From: a candidate division WOR-3 bacterium
Lineage (GTDB): Bacteria; Hydrothermota; Tepidihabitantia; SM23-42
NCBI GenBank assembly: GCA_029858255.1
Contig: JAOUFJ010000002.1
Location: 10,637-74,636 of the forward strand
Direction: 5' to 3'
DNA: 64,000 bases
The notes under the pieces: generated by a model
What the model was told of the DNA's origin: nothing
What the model saw: only the letters and a program-made list of their open reading frames with translations
Databases searched by the model: none
Position numbers and translations under genes: made by a program
Shown: positions 11,202 to 20,938 of the stretch, in pieces
Position numbering within the stretch: the stretch's first letter is position 1
Layout: every line of letters starts with the position of its first letter

Positions 11202-12029
11202 TCACTGAATGACAGCATGGGGAATAAAAGTAACAGAGAATTGGTGGGCAATAGACAAATTCCCGTAGGCAATAGAATACCCGATATCATAGCTTTCCAC
11301 GGAAACCGATATGCCTCCTGTCAGGCTGACGTCATCGAAAGAGATACTTGTGTTCGATTCACCTGTCAGGTTTTCGGGCTGTAAATACCTGCAACCAAGA
11401 AGCAGCTTTAGATCCCTGTAAGTGTAGACGATGCCCGTGTTAAATTCGATAAGGGGAACCTTTATTTCGGCAAGGAAGTCAATTCCTGAGGTTAAACTAT
11501 ACTTTATGCCCAATGCGGTAAATAGCGGTATTGAAGTATTTTCAGCGAATTCTTTACCAAGATTATCAACTTTCGCACCTATGCTCAAGGCCTTATATTG
11601 CAGGCGCGTGCCTATCGTCGCACAGAGACCATACATACTGTGATTATCTATTTGCTCAACAAAACCCTTTACCACCAGGCCAATCAGACCGAATCTGTAG
11701 CCTATTCCTGCGCAGAAATCATAGGGAGTAAACACCGTAGTAGGGTTTCCGGCTTCGTCGTATCCCTGGATTCGGCCGTAATTCATATACGTAATACCGA
11801 ACATGGTATTACGGTACACGCCGCCGCACGTCAGGTAGTTAGTTCCATAGAGCCAGCGGGACAATGTAAAATTGAAACTCATCGCCCCCGAGCATGCGGG
11901 ATTATGAAAAACCGGCAATCCTTCGTCGATCAGAACAGATGAACCACCCAGCCCCTGTGATACCACGCCTGGAGATAGCCTGAGGAACAGACTTGACTCG
12001 ATTGAGATCAGAAATAAAAGTGCTATCAT
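11202..12029 (-). CDS. hypothetical outer-membrane beta-barrel protein, paralog family A, possibly a T9SS-associated PorP/SprF-like protein
   Basis: 275 aa with a signal peptide, an N-terminal GGSSVL...FHNPACSG motif, alternating amphipathic strands rich in Y/G, and an aromatic-rich C-terminus. It overlaps the upstream T9SS cargo gene by 4 nt. Confidence 0.35.
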   Translation of the reverse strand: MIALLFLISIESSLFLRLSPGVVSQGLGGSSVLIDEGLPVFHNPACSGAMSFNFTLSRWLYGTNYLTCGGVYRNTMFGITYMNYGRIQGYDEAGNPTTVFTPYDFCAGIGYRFGLIGLVVKGFVEQIDNHSMYGLCATIGTRLQYKALSIGAKVDNLGKEFAENTSIPLFTALGIKYSLTSGIDFLAEIKVPLIEFNTGIVYTYRDLKLLLGCRYLQPENLTGESNTSISFDDVSLTGGISVSVESYDIGYSIAYGNLSIAHQFSVTFIPHAVIQ

Positions 12030-13270
12030 TTAATTATCGCCAGGCTCGTCCTGTAGTGATATTTATTATAACTTGTTTCGATTATGACATGAAGAAAATA
12101 TATACCCACCGGCAGATCGCCTCTCGGCAGTCTTATCCCGACGGCATCATATGTTTCGTCTTCGTATACCCGCTGTCCGAGAATGTTTATCATCGTGATC
12201 CTTGCTCTCAGAAAATCATCATGCCAGGGCAGTATCACATCTGCAAAGCTCTGCAGGGGATTTGGCCAAACCTTAACCTCCTGCTCGGATATGGTTGACC
12301 CGGTTTCATCACTCAAGTCAACCGCAAGCGGTAAATGGTCGGATGCCAAGTACAGCGCATCGGCAACTTCTGCTGGAACGACACTATTGTATCCGTAGTT
12401 GATCGCCAGATTGAAATGCTCTCCATCATTGCCGCAGATGGTATAGGAATCTTCCATAAGGTACAATCCTGCAGTATCGATGATGCTGGCAGAACATAAT
12501 ATCATATCAAAACGGTCATCCATGCCGCCAGTAGCACCCCCGTCCGGGAGTTGGTCAACCCTTGTGGATTGCGTGTGCGCCGCGGCATAATAAATGTTCT
12601 CATGCCAGTTGCCGGTCAATCGGAGGGGATCGATCAACCTGCCGCTGATACTTGTCAAACTATCGGTCAGTTTCTGAAAAGCGGGCTCGTCGCTATAGTA
12701 TATGTTAAAATCACCGGCGACGATGAAATTAGAGCCTGCAGGTAAGACGTCAAGACGCTCCCGCAGAATCGTCGCTTCCTGCAACCGTATTTGTTCGTTG
12801 GTCAACCCCTGCGATGCTTTGAAGTGAACCGAAAAGAGATACAGATCAGTCTGTGTTCCAGAGATGACCAACCTGTATTCAGCGATGTCGCGGTTAGGCG
12901 TCGTGTGGTACACGGCACCCAGGTAGTCAATACGGTCGGCCCTGTAGAATAACGCATTGTCGGTATCCGGGCCATTATTGAAAGGGGCATTCGTGTACGT
13001 GTTATTTACGTAATGCATGACCGAATCCAGGAAAAGAGACGCGCCTTCACTGCTGATCATTTCCTGTACTACAACTACATCCGGAGCAACGTAACTCATG
13101 GCGGTCCTCAAATCGTCGAGACGCTGGAACCCGAGCGCATCGGGGAAATTCAGTACGTTATAGGTCGCCACACGGATTGGCGCGCCGAATACCAGATTGA
13201 ACGGCGCCGCTAATATGCATACGAGTAACAAAGGGTTGAGATATCGCACATAAAATGAACGCATGGGCAT
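12026..13270 (-). CDS. endonuclease/exonuclease/phosphatase (EEP) family protein with a T9SS C-terminal sorting domain
   Basis: 414 aa with a signal peptide. The EEP fold is indicated by ATYNVLNF...VVVVQEM...GDFN motifs. The C-terminus VKVWPNPLQSFADVILPW...GIYFLHVIIETSYNKYHYRTSLAIIK is a T9SS CTD. Confidence 0.7.
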   Translation of the reverse strand: MPMRSFYVRYLNPLLLVCILAAPFNLVFGAPIRVATYNVLNFPDALGFQRLDDLRTAMSYVAPDVVVVQEMISSEGASLFLDSVMHYVNNTYTNAPFNNGPDTDNALFYRADRIDYLGAVYHTTPNRDIAEYRLVISGTQTDLYLFSVHFKASQGLTNEQIRLQEATILRERLDVLPAGSNFIVAGDFNIYYSDEPAFQKLTDSLTSISGRLIDPLRLTGNWHENIYYAAAHTQSTRVDQLPDGGATGGMDDRFDMILCSASIIDTAGLYLMEDSYTICGNDGEHFNLAINYGYNSVVPAEVADALYLASDHLPLAVDLSDETGSTISEQEVKVWPNPLQSFADVILPWHDDFLRARITMINILGQRVYEDETYDAVGIRLPRGDLPVGIYFLHVIIETSYNKYHYRTSLAIIK

Positions 13271-13311
13271 TTTATAGTCCTTTCACCTGTTGAAATAATT
13301 TGAGCAGATCG

Positions 13312-14820
13312 TCACTTGCGGGCGACATCGATTATTCTGCCTTCGATACGCCCTTTGATTGGAGTGTGTTTTTTTACATAATCGGCGATGATGCTTCTCA
13401 GGTAGTGAAAAGAATCCTGAATATTATCTCCGGATTTGAAGATGACATACTCGCCCCCGCCTGCAGCAAGAAAGGAGTTGGTAACAAGAGAATATTTCTT
13501 ATCCGGGTCTATCGGAATCCCGTCACGTAAGGATACCTCCAGTATCCGCGAACCTAAAGGTTTTTTCGAGTCATATCTAAATCTTAAACCTGATACCTGG
13601 AATATCGCGTGATGGCCGTTGACACCGATCTCCAGTGCCTCAATGATATTGCGGCCGGTCATTTCCATGACGACTGCAGTATTAGAGAGCGCATCGATGT
13701 TGTAACAGTCACGGTATGTAATATCACCTTTCGGCATATTAGCCCTGATGCCACCCGAATTGTGTATCGCCAGTTCAGCATCAAAATACTCACGCATTGC
13801 ATCGGTAATCAGATTGCCGATCGCAGTCTCCTCAAAACCAGCCCTCGCGAGTTCTTCTTCTGAATAACCGATAACCTCATCAAATCCCTTCTGCGTAATT
13901 TTCTCCCATCTCTCGACTATCCCGAGCATTACGGTATCTTCATCGATCTGTTCGCTGAGGAGATCAACGAGTTCTCCCCTATACCCGGCGATACGTTTTG
14001 TCTGTTTATCAACCCAGAGATCCAGAAATCCGATACTACTCAGATGACCATATGCCTGGCATATGATCGTGTGGTTGATCGAATCCTCGTACGGTACTTC
14101 AAGCGCAGTTGCGCTGTGTGAGCCAATGATGACATCGATTCCCTTGACTGTACTTGCCAACCGTTTGTCGTGTCGCAGCCCTATGCCAGTTACGGCAAAA
14201 ATCATATCTACCTTATTTTCCTGTAAAGAATCCACGTAATGCACGGCAGTTTCGACCTCGGGCAGGACATCATGATTTGCGAATCTCTCTGGCGTTGTCA
14301 TTCCGGACATATACTCGGTAAGCAAACTGAAGATACCGATGCGTACCCCGACTTGTTCCACAATAACGCAGGGCTCCAAGTAGTTAACTACACTACGGGC
14401 TTCTTTGTCGACGATATTGCTGCCAAGAAATGTAGCGTTGACCTTTTCCACGAATTCCCTGAATACTTCAACACCCTGGTCATAGTCATGATTGCCTGGT
14501 GCTACAACATCATACCCGCAGTAATTGAAATACTCGGCAACGGCCTGACCTTTTGAAAATTCACCGATGGGCGACCCGACGAACATGTCGCCGGCATCGA
14601 ATAACAGGAAGCCATATCCGAGGCTGGCGGCTTCAGCCCGCTTCTCTTCAATGAACGTCGCCGCTGCCCCAGCATTGCCGATGGGCGGTGGGAAATACGG
14701 ATTCATCCACCAGGCGGTGCTGGGCGATAGCGCGCCTTCAATATCATTGGTATGTAGAATATAAATGTGATCATAAGATTGGGCTTGTGATAGTAGAAAA
14801 AATAGGAGAATGCTATACAA
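13312..14820 (-). CDS. 5'-nucleotidase / bifunctional metallophosphoesterase (UshA family)
   Basis: 502 aa with a signal peptide. It carries calcineurin-like metallophosphatase motifs (HTNDIEG, GNHDYD) and a 5'-nucleotidase C-terminal domain. Confidence 0.8.
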   Translation of the reverse strand: MYSILLFFLLSQAQSYDHIYILHTNDIEGALSPSTAWWMNPYFPPPIGNAGAAATFIEEKRAEAASLGYGFLLFDAGDMFVGSPIGEFSKGQAVAEYFNYCGYDVVAPGNHDYDQGVEVFREFVEKVNATFLGSNIVDKEARSVVNYLEPCVIVEQVGVRIGIFSLLTEYMSGMTTPERFANHDVLPEVETAVHYVDSLQENKVDMIFAVTGIGLRHDKRLASTVKGIDVIIGSHSATALEVPYEDSINHTIICQAYGHLSSIGFLDLWVDKQTKRIAGYRGELVDLLSEQIDEDTVMLGIVERWEKITQKGFDEVIGYSEEELARAGFEETAIGNLITDAMREYFDAELAIHNSGGIRANMPKGDITYRDCYNIDALSNTAVVMEMTGRNIIEALEIGVNGHHAIFQVSGLRFRYDSKKPLGSRILEVSLRDGIPIDPDKKYSLVTNSFLAAGGGEYVIFKSGDNIQDSFHYLRSIIADYVKKHTPIKGRIEGRIIDVARK

Positions 14821-14826
14821 CTTTTC

Positions 14827-15915
14827 TCAGAACTGCATTCCAGTTGAAACTACAAAATGATGAGTGGTTTCGTCCAATTTATAATTTTCGCTGAGATCCA
14901 GCGTTAAATAATCCGCGGCAAGATAGTCACGCTTTCCATAGCAGTATCCTATGTCGAAAGAATAGGAACCCGCGTAGAATCCGAAACCCAGTGTAAGGTT
15001 CGTTGTCCAGATAACGCTTTGCCTATAGTCAGGGAAAACACAAAAGCCGTACCGCAGGTTATACCTGCGAAGGATCATATGTTCAACACCGATTTTGTAT
15101 ATGAATATATTATTATCTTCTATGCCCTCCCACATTTCAGCCTCGACCTGTGCGAGAAACCTCGTCGGGATCCTGCCCGGAGGTTGATACATGATGCCAA
15201 ATGAATGTATCTCTGGATATTCATAGCCAATATCAGCAAGTTCATACCGGTGCTGGTATGTGTATGCCATTCGAAAATTGATGGTCGGTGCGATGGAAAT
15301 CCCGAGTTTTATCCTGTTGCCGTCAAGAGTCGTCTCTTCACTGCTGACCGTGTCGGCGACTTGCGGTATGATGACAGTTTTCTCCATGACCCGATTTCCA
15401 AAGAGAAATGCATTTTGGACGCCGACGCTGACGAACCTGTAATTGAATGCGACCATGGGTGAAACAGCCTGCACATAACCCCGGTGAGTGAGTTCATCAA
15501 TGCGGACGATCTGGTAGAAATCGTCGCGATGTTCCTCACGATAAGAATAGTTGTAATCCCATACCGGAGCATACTGCAATCCCGCGCGTATCATGCTCAA
15601 AGGGAACACGAAAGAACATGCTCCAGGGTTGAGATACGTACCCGTGTTGTTCGCCACGGTCGCAATACCAATATTATTGCCGAATGAATCATACACGCGC
15701 AACCCGCGGTTTTCGTTCTGCACCATGAGCAAACCGGAAAGCTGTACTGCCCTTTTGTCAAACAGCACCATCGACGCGGGATTGGCCGTACTTTCTAAGA
15801 CAATGGATACTCCCCCGAGTGATAAGGTACGGGCATCATAGTAGAATATGCGATCGCCCTGGTGGGATACACCGGGTAAGGTTAACCCTGCAATATAGAT
15901 GATCAGTTGTAGCAT
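14827..15915 (-). CDS. hypothetical outer-membrane beta-barrel protein, paralog family B
   Basis: 362 aa with a signal peptide. It has an ARTLSLGGVSIV...TANPAS motif near the N-terminus, is rich in Y/G/N amphipathic strands, and ends in a C-terminal F. Confidence 0.35.
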   Translation of the reverse strand: MLQLIIYIAGLTLPGVSHQGDRIFYYDARTLSLGGVSIVLESTANPASMVLFDKRAVQLSGLLMVQNENRGLRVYDSFGNNIGIATVANNTGTYLNPGACSFVFPLSMIRAGLQYAPVWDYNYSYREEHRDDFYQIVRIDELTHRGYVQAVSPMVAFNYRFVSVGVQNAFLFGNRVMEKTVIIPQVADTVSSEETTLDGNRIKLGISIAPTINFRMAYTYQHRYELADIGYEYPEIHSFGIMYQPPGRIPTRFLAQVEAEMWEGIEDNNIFIYKIGVEHMILRRYNLRYGFCVFPDYRQSVIWTTNLTLGFGFYAGSYSFDIGYCYGKRDYLAADYLTLDLSENYKLDETTHHFVVSTGMQF

Positions 15916-16457
15916 TATGGCACCATCACGGCGGCAGCGAGCACAGTCGTCCAGAGGCCGTATTTATCGCCTATCGCGGTCTGGGTGATATTCATTGTCT
16001 TTACGATCTTTGTAGATATCTTCCACAATTCCTTTCGTTCGTCGTAACTGATATCGGGGTCAAAAGGTACACCCTGAGTCGTCGCCAGCATCTGGGCTGC
16101 GAGGTCCTCGGCTTTGTCGCCCGCCCGCACTTCAGTCTCGCCGAAAGAATGGTACTCGGAAAGATATCCGTATTGAGAACGGTCGCTCGGAATGGCAACA
16201 CCTATTGATGCCGCAAGCAATCGGTGGGGTTCGTTGGCACTGGATTCAGCTACTACGGCATAGATGATCTCTCCGGGCGATAGATGCTGAATGCCCTTAC
16301 TCCTCGGCAGGATCTTCGCTCCCGGCGGTAAAATGCTTGAAACCCTGACGATATTGAACGGCGCTATTCCTGCATCCCGCAGTGCCGCTTCGAAACTTGT
16401 CAGCCTCTCTCTGTGCTTACCAACACCCTTGGTCAAGAATATTCTTTTTGGTATCAT
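15915..16457 (-). CDS. pdaD: pyruvoyl-dependent arginine decarboxylase (PdaD)
   Basis: FLTKGVGKH...LTSFEAALRDAGIAPFNIVRVSSILPPGAKIL matches the PdaD self-cleavage/serinolysis region. The ~180-aa length fits. The N-terminal extension in the ORF track (to 16526) overlaps tRNA-Ala, so I start at ATG 16457. Confidence 0.65.
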   Translation of the reverse strand: MIPKRIFLTKGVGKHRERLTSFEAALRDAGIAPFNIVRVSSILPPGAKILPRSKGIQHLSPGEIIYAVVAESSANEPHRLLAASIGVAIPSDRSQYGYLSEYHSFGETEVRAGDKAEDLAAQMLATTQGVPFDPDISYDERKELWKISTKIVKTMNITQTAIGDKYGLWTTVLAAAVMVP

Positions 16458-16468
16458 ATTCTCCAATA

Positions 16469-16541
16469 TGGAGCAGACCAGAGTCGAACTGGCGACCTTC
16501 TCGCTGCGAACGAGACGCTCTCCCAACTGAGCTACTGCCCC
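16469..16541 (-). tRNA. tRNA-Ala (anticodon CGC)
   Basis: Reverse complement GGGGCAGTAGCTCAGTTGGGAGAGCGTCTCGTTCGCAGCGAGAAGGTCGCCAGTTCGACTCTGGTCTGCTCCA folds as a cloverleaf. It has the G3:U70 Ala identity pair, a TTCGCAG anticodon loop (CGC), a GTTCGACTC T-arm and discriminator A. CCA is not encoded. Confidence 0.85.
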
Positions 16542-16579
16542 TCATTTTGTTCGTGATTATAGCAATATTTGTATTCCTG

Positions 16580-17164
16580 TCAACATTCATTTATCTGACT
16601 TTCACCACCCAGTTCATCTTCGATTATCCCCAATATTTTGGATGTCGTTGTTCGCAGGTCATTGTTCTCAATCACGTATTTGTAGTCTTTCCTGTACTCT
16701 AGTTCCTGTATTGCCTTAGCGATCCTTTTCTTTATGACTTCATCTTTATCGGTATCTCTCTTTTTCAATCGTCGTTCAAGCTCGGCAATGTCAGGAGGTA
16801 TGATGTAAAAGAAGATCCCGTCGGGATAGAGATTCATGAGTCTTCTCGCGCCCTGCACATCCACATCCATCAATATATTATACCCGGCGCTAAGTCCATC
16901 CTCCAGGGATTTTCTGGAAGTACCGTAGAAGTTACCATACACTTCAGCGTATTCGACGAAACGGTCCTGCTCGATCCACTGTTTGAACTCATCCACGCTC
17001 AGAAAAATGTACTCTCTGCCGTTCTTCTCGACCGTTCGTTTGGACCTTGAAGTCGCTGAAACAGAATAGCGTACGTCAGAGCGCTCGCCCAGAATTTTGT
17101 CGCAGATTGTAGTCTTTCCAACGCCAGAAGGCCCGGAGAGGACAATAATTCTTCCTCTATTCAA
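16580..17164 (-). CDS. gmk: guanylate kinase
   Basis: P-loop LSGPSGVGKTT, SVSATSR..R..E..G.EY.F.S...F and FVEYAEVYGNFYGT. The start is trimmed to a TTG overlapping the yicC stop, because the maximal ORF overlaps yicC by 95 nt. Confidence 0.8.
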   Translation of the reverse strand: MNRGRIIVLSGPSGVGKTTICDKILGERSDVRYSVSATSRSKRTVEKNGREYIFLSVDEFKQWIEQDRFVEYAEVYGNFYGTSRKSLEDGLSAGYNILMDVDVQGARRLMNLYPDGIFFYIIPPDIAELERRLKKRDTDKDEVIKKRIAKAIQELEYRKDYKYVIENNDLRTTTSKILGIIEDELGGESQINEC

Positions 17165-18032
17165 GGTTTTGCACCTGTTCTCTGATCTTTTCAACTTCTT
17201 CCTTAACCTGGACCGCGGTTTTACTGATCTGCAGGTAATTCGCTTTGACACTCAGGGTATTCGCCTCACGCTGCATTTCCTGTAGCAAGAAATTGAGTTT
17301 ACGCCCAGGATGATCCTCTGTCTTCAACGAATCCTTGAATAGCATCAAATGGCTGAACAGTCTTTTGCATTCCTCGGTGACGTCGGTACGCTCTGCCGTG
17401 TAAAGTAATTCCTGATAAAGACGTTCTTCATTGAGTTCTTTTACCGACCCCTGAACGAGTGAGAGCAAATGGTCTTTGTAGTACTTGTTACGTTCGGGTA
17501 TGATACGTTCGATTTCATGCACGCATTCTTCGATCAATTTGACCGATTTACTTATCTCACGGACGATATTCTTCCCTTCTTTCTTCTTCATCTGCATCAG
17601 ATCTTTGATGGCTTGCTCCAGGATCGGTTTAAAACTCTTGTAGATGCCTTGGGATTCTATCTGAAGCTGGCTGAACTTTATCAATCCTGGAATGGACATC
17701 AGTGTGTTAATATCGATATCTCCGCCTATCTGATAATTAGTGCGTAACTCCTCGGCTAATTTCAAGTATGCCTCGAGAAGATTTTTGTCGACTTCAATCT
17801 TTGTTGGCACGATCTCTCTGTCTTGCTGGATCACCACCACGATATGTCCACGCGTTAGCTGAGATTGCACATCGCGGCGGATGTCAGTTTCACAAGGAAA
17901 CAGGCAATTAGGAAGCTTGATCGATAGATCGAGAAACCGATGATTGTATGACCTTATTTCTACATCAAATTTCAACGGGGGATCTTTCAGATCACCGCTC
18001 GCCCGTCCAATGCCGGTCATGCTATATGCCAC
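17157..18032 (-). CDS. yicC: YicC-family stress-induced protein
   Basis: 291 aa. The MAYSMTGIG N-terminus (YicC_N) and DUF1732-like C-terminus match the family. It has a GTG start overlapping the dtd stop by 1 nt. Confidence 0.7.
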   Translation of the reverse strand: MAYSMTGIGRASGDLKDPPLKFDVEIRSYNHRFLDLSIKLPNCLFPCETDIRRDVQSQLTRGHIVVVIQQDREIVPTKIEVDKNLLEAYLKLAEELRTNYQIGGDIDINTLMSIPGLIKFSQLQIESQGIYKSFKPILEQAIKDLMQMKKKEGKNIVREISKSVKLIEECVHEIERIIPERNKYYKDHLLSLVQGSVKELNEERLYQELLYTAERTDVTEECKRLFSHLMLFKDSLKTEDHPGRKLNFLLQEMQREANTLSVKANYLQISKTAVQVKEEVEKIREQVQNLE

Positions 18033-18469
18033 TATTCCTCCAAGATTATTGTCACGGGTCCCTCATTCACGAGCGCAACGGACATTCTCTCACCGAATGA
18101 GCCGGATTTAGTAGTAATGCCGGAAACGGCAAGCATATTGACAAAACTTTGATAGAGCTCTTTGGCCAGCTCAGGTTCCTCGGCTTCAGTGAAAGATGGC
18201 CGCCTTCCGCGCGATGTATCGGCAAGAAGAGTGAATTGGGAGACCACGAGTGCTTCACCACCTACATCTCTTAGAGAGTCGTTGAATTTCCCATGTTTAT
18301 CCTCGAAAATCCGTAAGTTCATGCACCGTTCAGCGAGCCGCTTCGCCTTGCCTTCATCATCTCCCCTTTTTACACCGAGCAGAACCAGTATTCCCGCACC
18401 GATGTTCGATACTATCTTCTTATCGACGCACACCTCGGCTTCCCTGACTCTCTGAATGACCGCAATCAT
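18032..18469 (-). CDS. dtd: D-aminoacyl-tRNA deacylase
   Basis: 145 aa with MIAVIQRV, SQFTL and NEGPVT motifs. Confidence 0.85.
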   Translation of the reverse strand: MIAVIQRVREAEVCVDKKIVSNIGAGILVLLGVKRGDDEGKAKRLAERCMNLRIFEDKHGKFNDSLRDVGGEALVVSQFTLLADTSRGRRPSFTEAEEPELAKELYQSFVNMLAVSGITTKSGSFGERMSVALVNEGPVTIILEE

Positions 18470-18624
18470 GTCAAGATTTGGATAAACACGATCGGGTTAC
18501 GCTCATTTGTCCAGAATAGAAAAAAATCAAAGCACTAACGAACATAAACGCCAAACTAATCACCATAGTCCCCTTTGTTCGCATAATACTACAACCCAAA
18601 AAAATAGAATCATTGAGCGTTCAC

Positions 18625-18696
18625 CAGCGGGGGACGGGATTCGAACCCGCAACCAACGGCTTGGAAGGCCGTGACTCTACCATTGAGCTACCCCCG
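18625..18696 (-). tRNA. tRNA-Gly (anticodon UCC)
   Basis: Reverse complement GCGGGGGTAGCTCAATGGTAGAGTCACGGCCTTCCAAGCCGTTGGTTGCGGGTTCGAATCCCGTCCCCCGCT. It has a 7-bp acceptor stem, a CTTCCAA anticodon loop (TCC), a TTCGAAT T-loop and discriminator U. Confidence 0.85.
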
Positions 18697-18898
18697 CACG
18701 ACCTATTATAGCGCAGTATTGTTGGAAGTCAACATGATCGTGCGGTCGTTTTTTCTCGCGCTGTATCATTGACAATATCGGGAAATTAAGATAAAATAAA
18801 ATGAAGTGATTTCAACATCCAGATTCTTAATTCATAAAACAACCGTGCAGGTAAACGCGAAGATTAGCTGAATTGTTGAACCTGATGAGGGAGGAACA

Positions 18899-20218
18899 AT
18901 GCTGGAAAGGCTATTCAAACTAAAAGAGAATAACACGTCGGTAAGTCAGGAGATGATCGGCGGTTTGACGACGTTCATGACCATGGCTTACATTGTATTT
19001 GTACAGCCAGCGGTATTGTCGGCAGCCGGCATGGATTTCGGGGCGGTCATGGTCGCGACGTGTGTTTCGAGCGCCGTAGCAATATTCTTTATGGCCTTCC
19101 TTGCGAACTACCCTATCGCGCTTGCCCCGGCCATGGGACATAATTTCTTCATTGTATATACGGTTTGTCTAACGATGGGCATACCATGGCAGACCGCACT
19201 CGGTGCGAATTTTATCTCAGGAACCATATTCATAATCCTATCCTTTTTTGGCTTCCGTGAATCGCTCGTGAATTCGATACCAAATTGTCTGAAGCAGGCC
19301 ATCGCGGTTGGCATAGGTCTCTTCATCGCCCTGATAGGATTTCAATGGGCGGGAATAGTAACCTACACTCCGGGGACGATCATCGGCCTCGGTGATTTAC
19401 ATAGCCCTCCTGTCTTGTTGGCAGTTCTCGGACTGTTCGTAATAACAATCCTCTACACACTCAAAGTGAAAGGCGCAATAATAATCGGTATCATCACTAC
19501 CGCCGTTGTCGGGGTACCACTCGGTATTGTGAGATACTACGGTGTCCTCAGTACCCCGCCGGCAATTTCACCAACGTTTCTCAAATTGAATGTTGCCGCT
19601 GCATTCACACTGTCTTTACTTCCGACGATCTTCATCCTTTTCTTCCTCGATCTGTTCGATACGGTAGGAACGTTGATTGGAGTAAGTGAACAGGCCGGTT
19701 TCGTTAAAGAAGGTAAATTGCCGAGGGCAAGACAAGCTCTACTATCGGATGCCATCGGTACGGTTATCGGTACGATCATGGGCACTTCTACTGTCACCAG
19801 CTATATCGAGAGCTCAACTGGCGTAGCAAGCGGTGCCCGTACAGGTCTCGCTAATGTCACCACCGGAGTCCTTTTTCTTATTGCTTTACTGTTCTATCCG
19901 CTCGTGAAGATGATCGGTGGAGGTTACATGACGGATGGCAGCGTGCTCTACCCGGTTACAGCTCCCGCCTTAATCATCGTCGGTACCCTCATGATGTCCG
20001 GTGTCACAAAAATAGACTGGAAAGACTTCACGGAGGCGATCCCGGCGTTCCTGACGATCGTCATCATGCCTTATGCCTATTCCATAACCGAGGGCATTGC
20101 CGTTGGCTTCATCTTTTATACGGTCTTGAAACTGGTTACGGGTAATATCAAAGATGTGCATCCTGTCCTGATCGTATTTACAGTACTGTTCATCTTGAGA
20201 TACATCTTTTTGATGTGA
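18899..20218 (+). CDS. NCS2-family purine permease (AzgA/PbuG-like adenine/guanine/hypoxanthine transporter)
   Basis: 439 aa. The N-terminus MLERLFKLKENNTSVSQEMIGGLTTFMTMAYIVFVQPAVL is characteristic of AzgA-type permeases. Confidence 0.8.
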   Translation: MLERLFKLKENNTSVSQEMIGGLTTFMTMAYIVFVQPAVLSAAGMDFGAVMVATCVSSAVAIFFMAFLANYPIALAPAMGHNFFIVYTVCLTMGIPWQTALGANFISGTIFIILSFFGFRESLVNSIPNCLKQAIAVGIGLFIALIGFQWAGIVTYTPGTIIGLGDLHSPPVLLAVLGLFVITILYTLKVKGAIIIGIITTAVVGVPLGIVRYYGVLSTPPAISPTFLKLNVAAAFTLSLLPTIFILFFLDLFDTVGTLIGVSEQAGFVKEGKLPRARQALLSDAIGTVIGTIMGTSTVTSYIESSTGVASGARTGLANVTTGVLFLIALLFYPLVKMIGGGYMTDGSVLYPVTAPALIIVGTLMMSGVTKIDWKDFTEAIPAFLTIVIMPYAYSITEGIAVGFIFYTVLKLVTGNIKDVHPVLIVFTVLFILRYIFLM

Positions 20219-20266
20219 GTCCGCGGGCATGACGTGTTTATTGCCTGAAAAATTATTGGGGGTAAA

Positions 20267-20938
20267 ATGATAATACTGACAATGATTGTATTCTCAACAA
20301 GTCCGTTCTACAGCGCAAATTTTTTTCTGCCTATCCGTTCATTGAGCGCTTTTTCTAATCCTGCAGGACTCGGTATCAGCACGGGCGCCGAGGCATTCGT
20401 CACCTATGACCCGGAATCCGAACTAATAACGACCGGAGCGAGCGCCGGTAATATTGGTTTCGGCTACATAAAGGAGGACACTTTTCAGATTTATGAGGTA
20501 GCCATTGGCTACAGACTGCCAGGTGCATTCACTATTGGCTACGCATATGAATTCGGTGATACGTCGGAGCACGTCCTCGGTGTCGAGTGCCGTCCGAATC
20601 AACAGCTCTCGCTCAGCTACAGAACTGAACTTGACCACAAAAGGTACGTCTCCGGAGGCATAGAGATCATGCCTTATCTACGGTACATCACGCTCAGTTT
20701 CGGAGTCACCTATGAAGGCATCGATGATACATTGGCTTTCTACTATGGAGCTCTCGTTTCACCGATCAGTGGACTGGGCGCATTTTTCTACACAGACAAA
20801 GAATTTAACTGGAACGCCGGCATGGAGTTGTCTTTCGGTTACGGTAAGATCACTGGCAGTTACTCATACGAGAACAGTAAATTCAGTGGCGGATTGCTCA
20901 TTTCTGCACAGAAATATGAGACTTTCATAGCGAACTGA
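20267..20938 (+). CDS. hypothetical small outer-membrane beta-barrel protein, paralog family C
   Basis: 223 aa with a signal peptide, an FSNPAGLG motif, alternating aromatic/Gly strands and a C-terminal aromatic cluster. Confidence 0.3.
   Translation: MIILTMIVFSTSPFYSANFFLPIRSLSAFSNPAGLGISTGAEAFVTYDPESELITTGASAGNIGFGYIKEDTFQIYEVAIGYRLPGAFTIGYAYEFGDTSEHVLGVECRPNQQLSLSYRTELDHKRYVSGGIEIMPYLRYITLSFGVTYEGIDDTLAFYYGALVSPISGLGAFFYTDKEFNWNAGMELSFGYGKITGSYSYENSKFSGGLLISAQKYETFIAN

Noticed and set aside
16458-16526. N-terminal extension of the pdaD ORF (MGERLVRSEKVASSTLVCSILEN)
   Set aside because: It overlaps the tRNA-Ala gene on the same strand. An internal ATG at 16457 gives a PdaD-typical start.
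18698-18898. Possible purine (guanine/adenine) riboswitch upstream of the NCS2 purine permease
   Set aside because: I could not find the conserved riboswitch cores (UAUA...GGAUAUGG, GUUUCUACC, CCGUAAAU) in the 200-nt leader.
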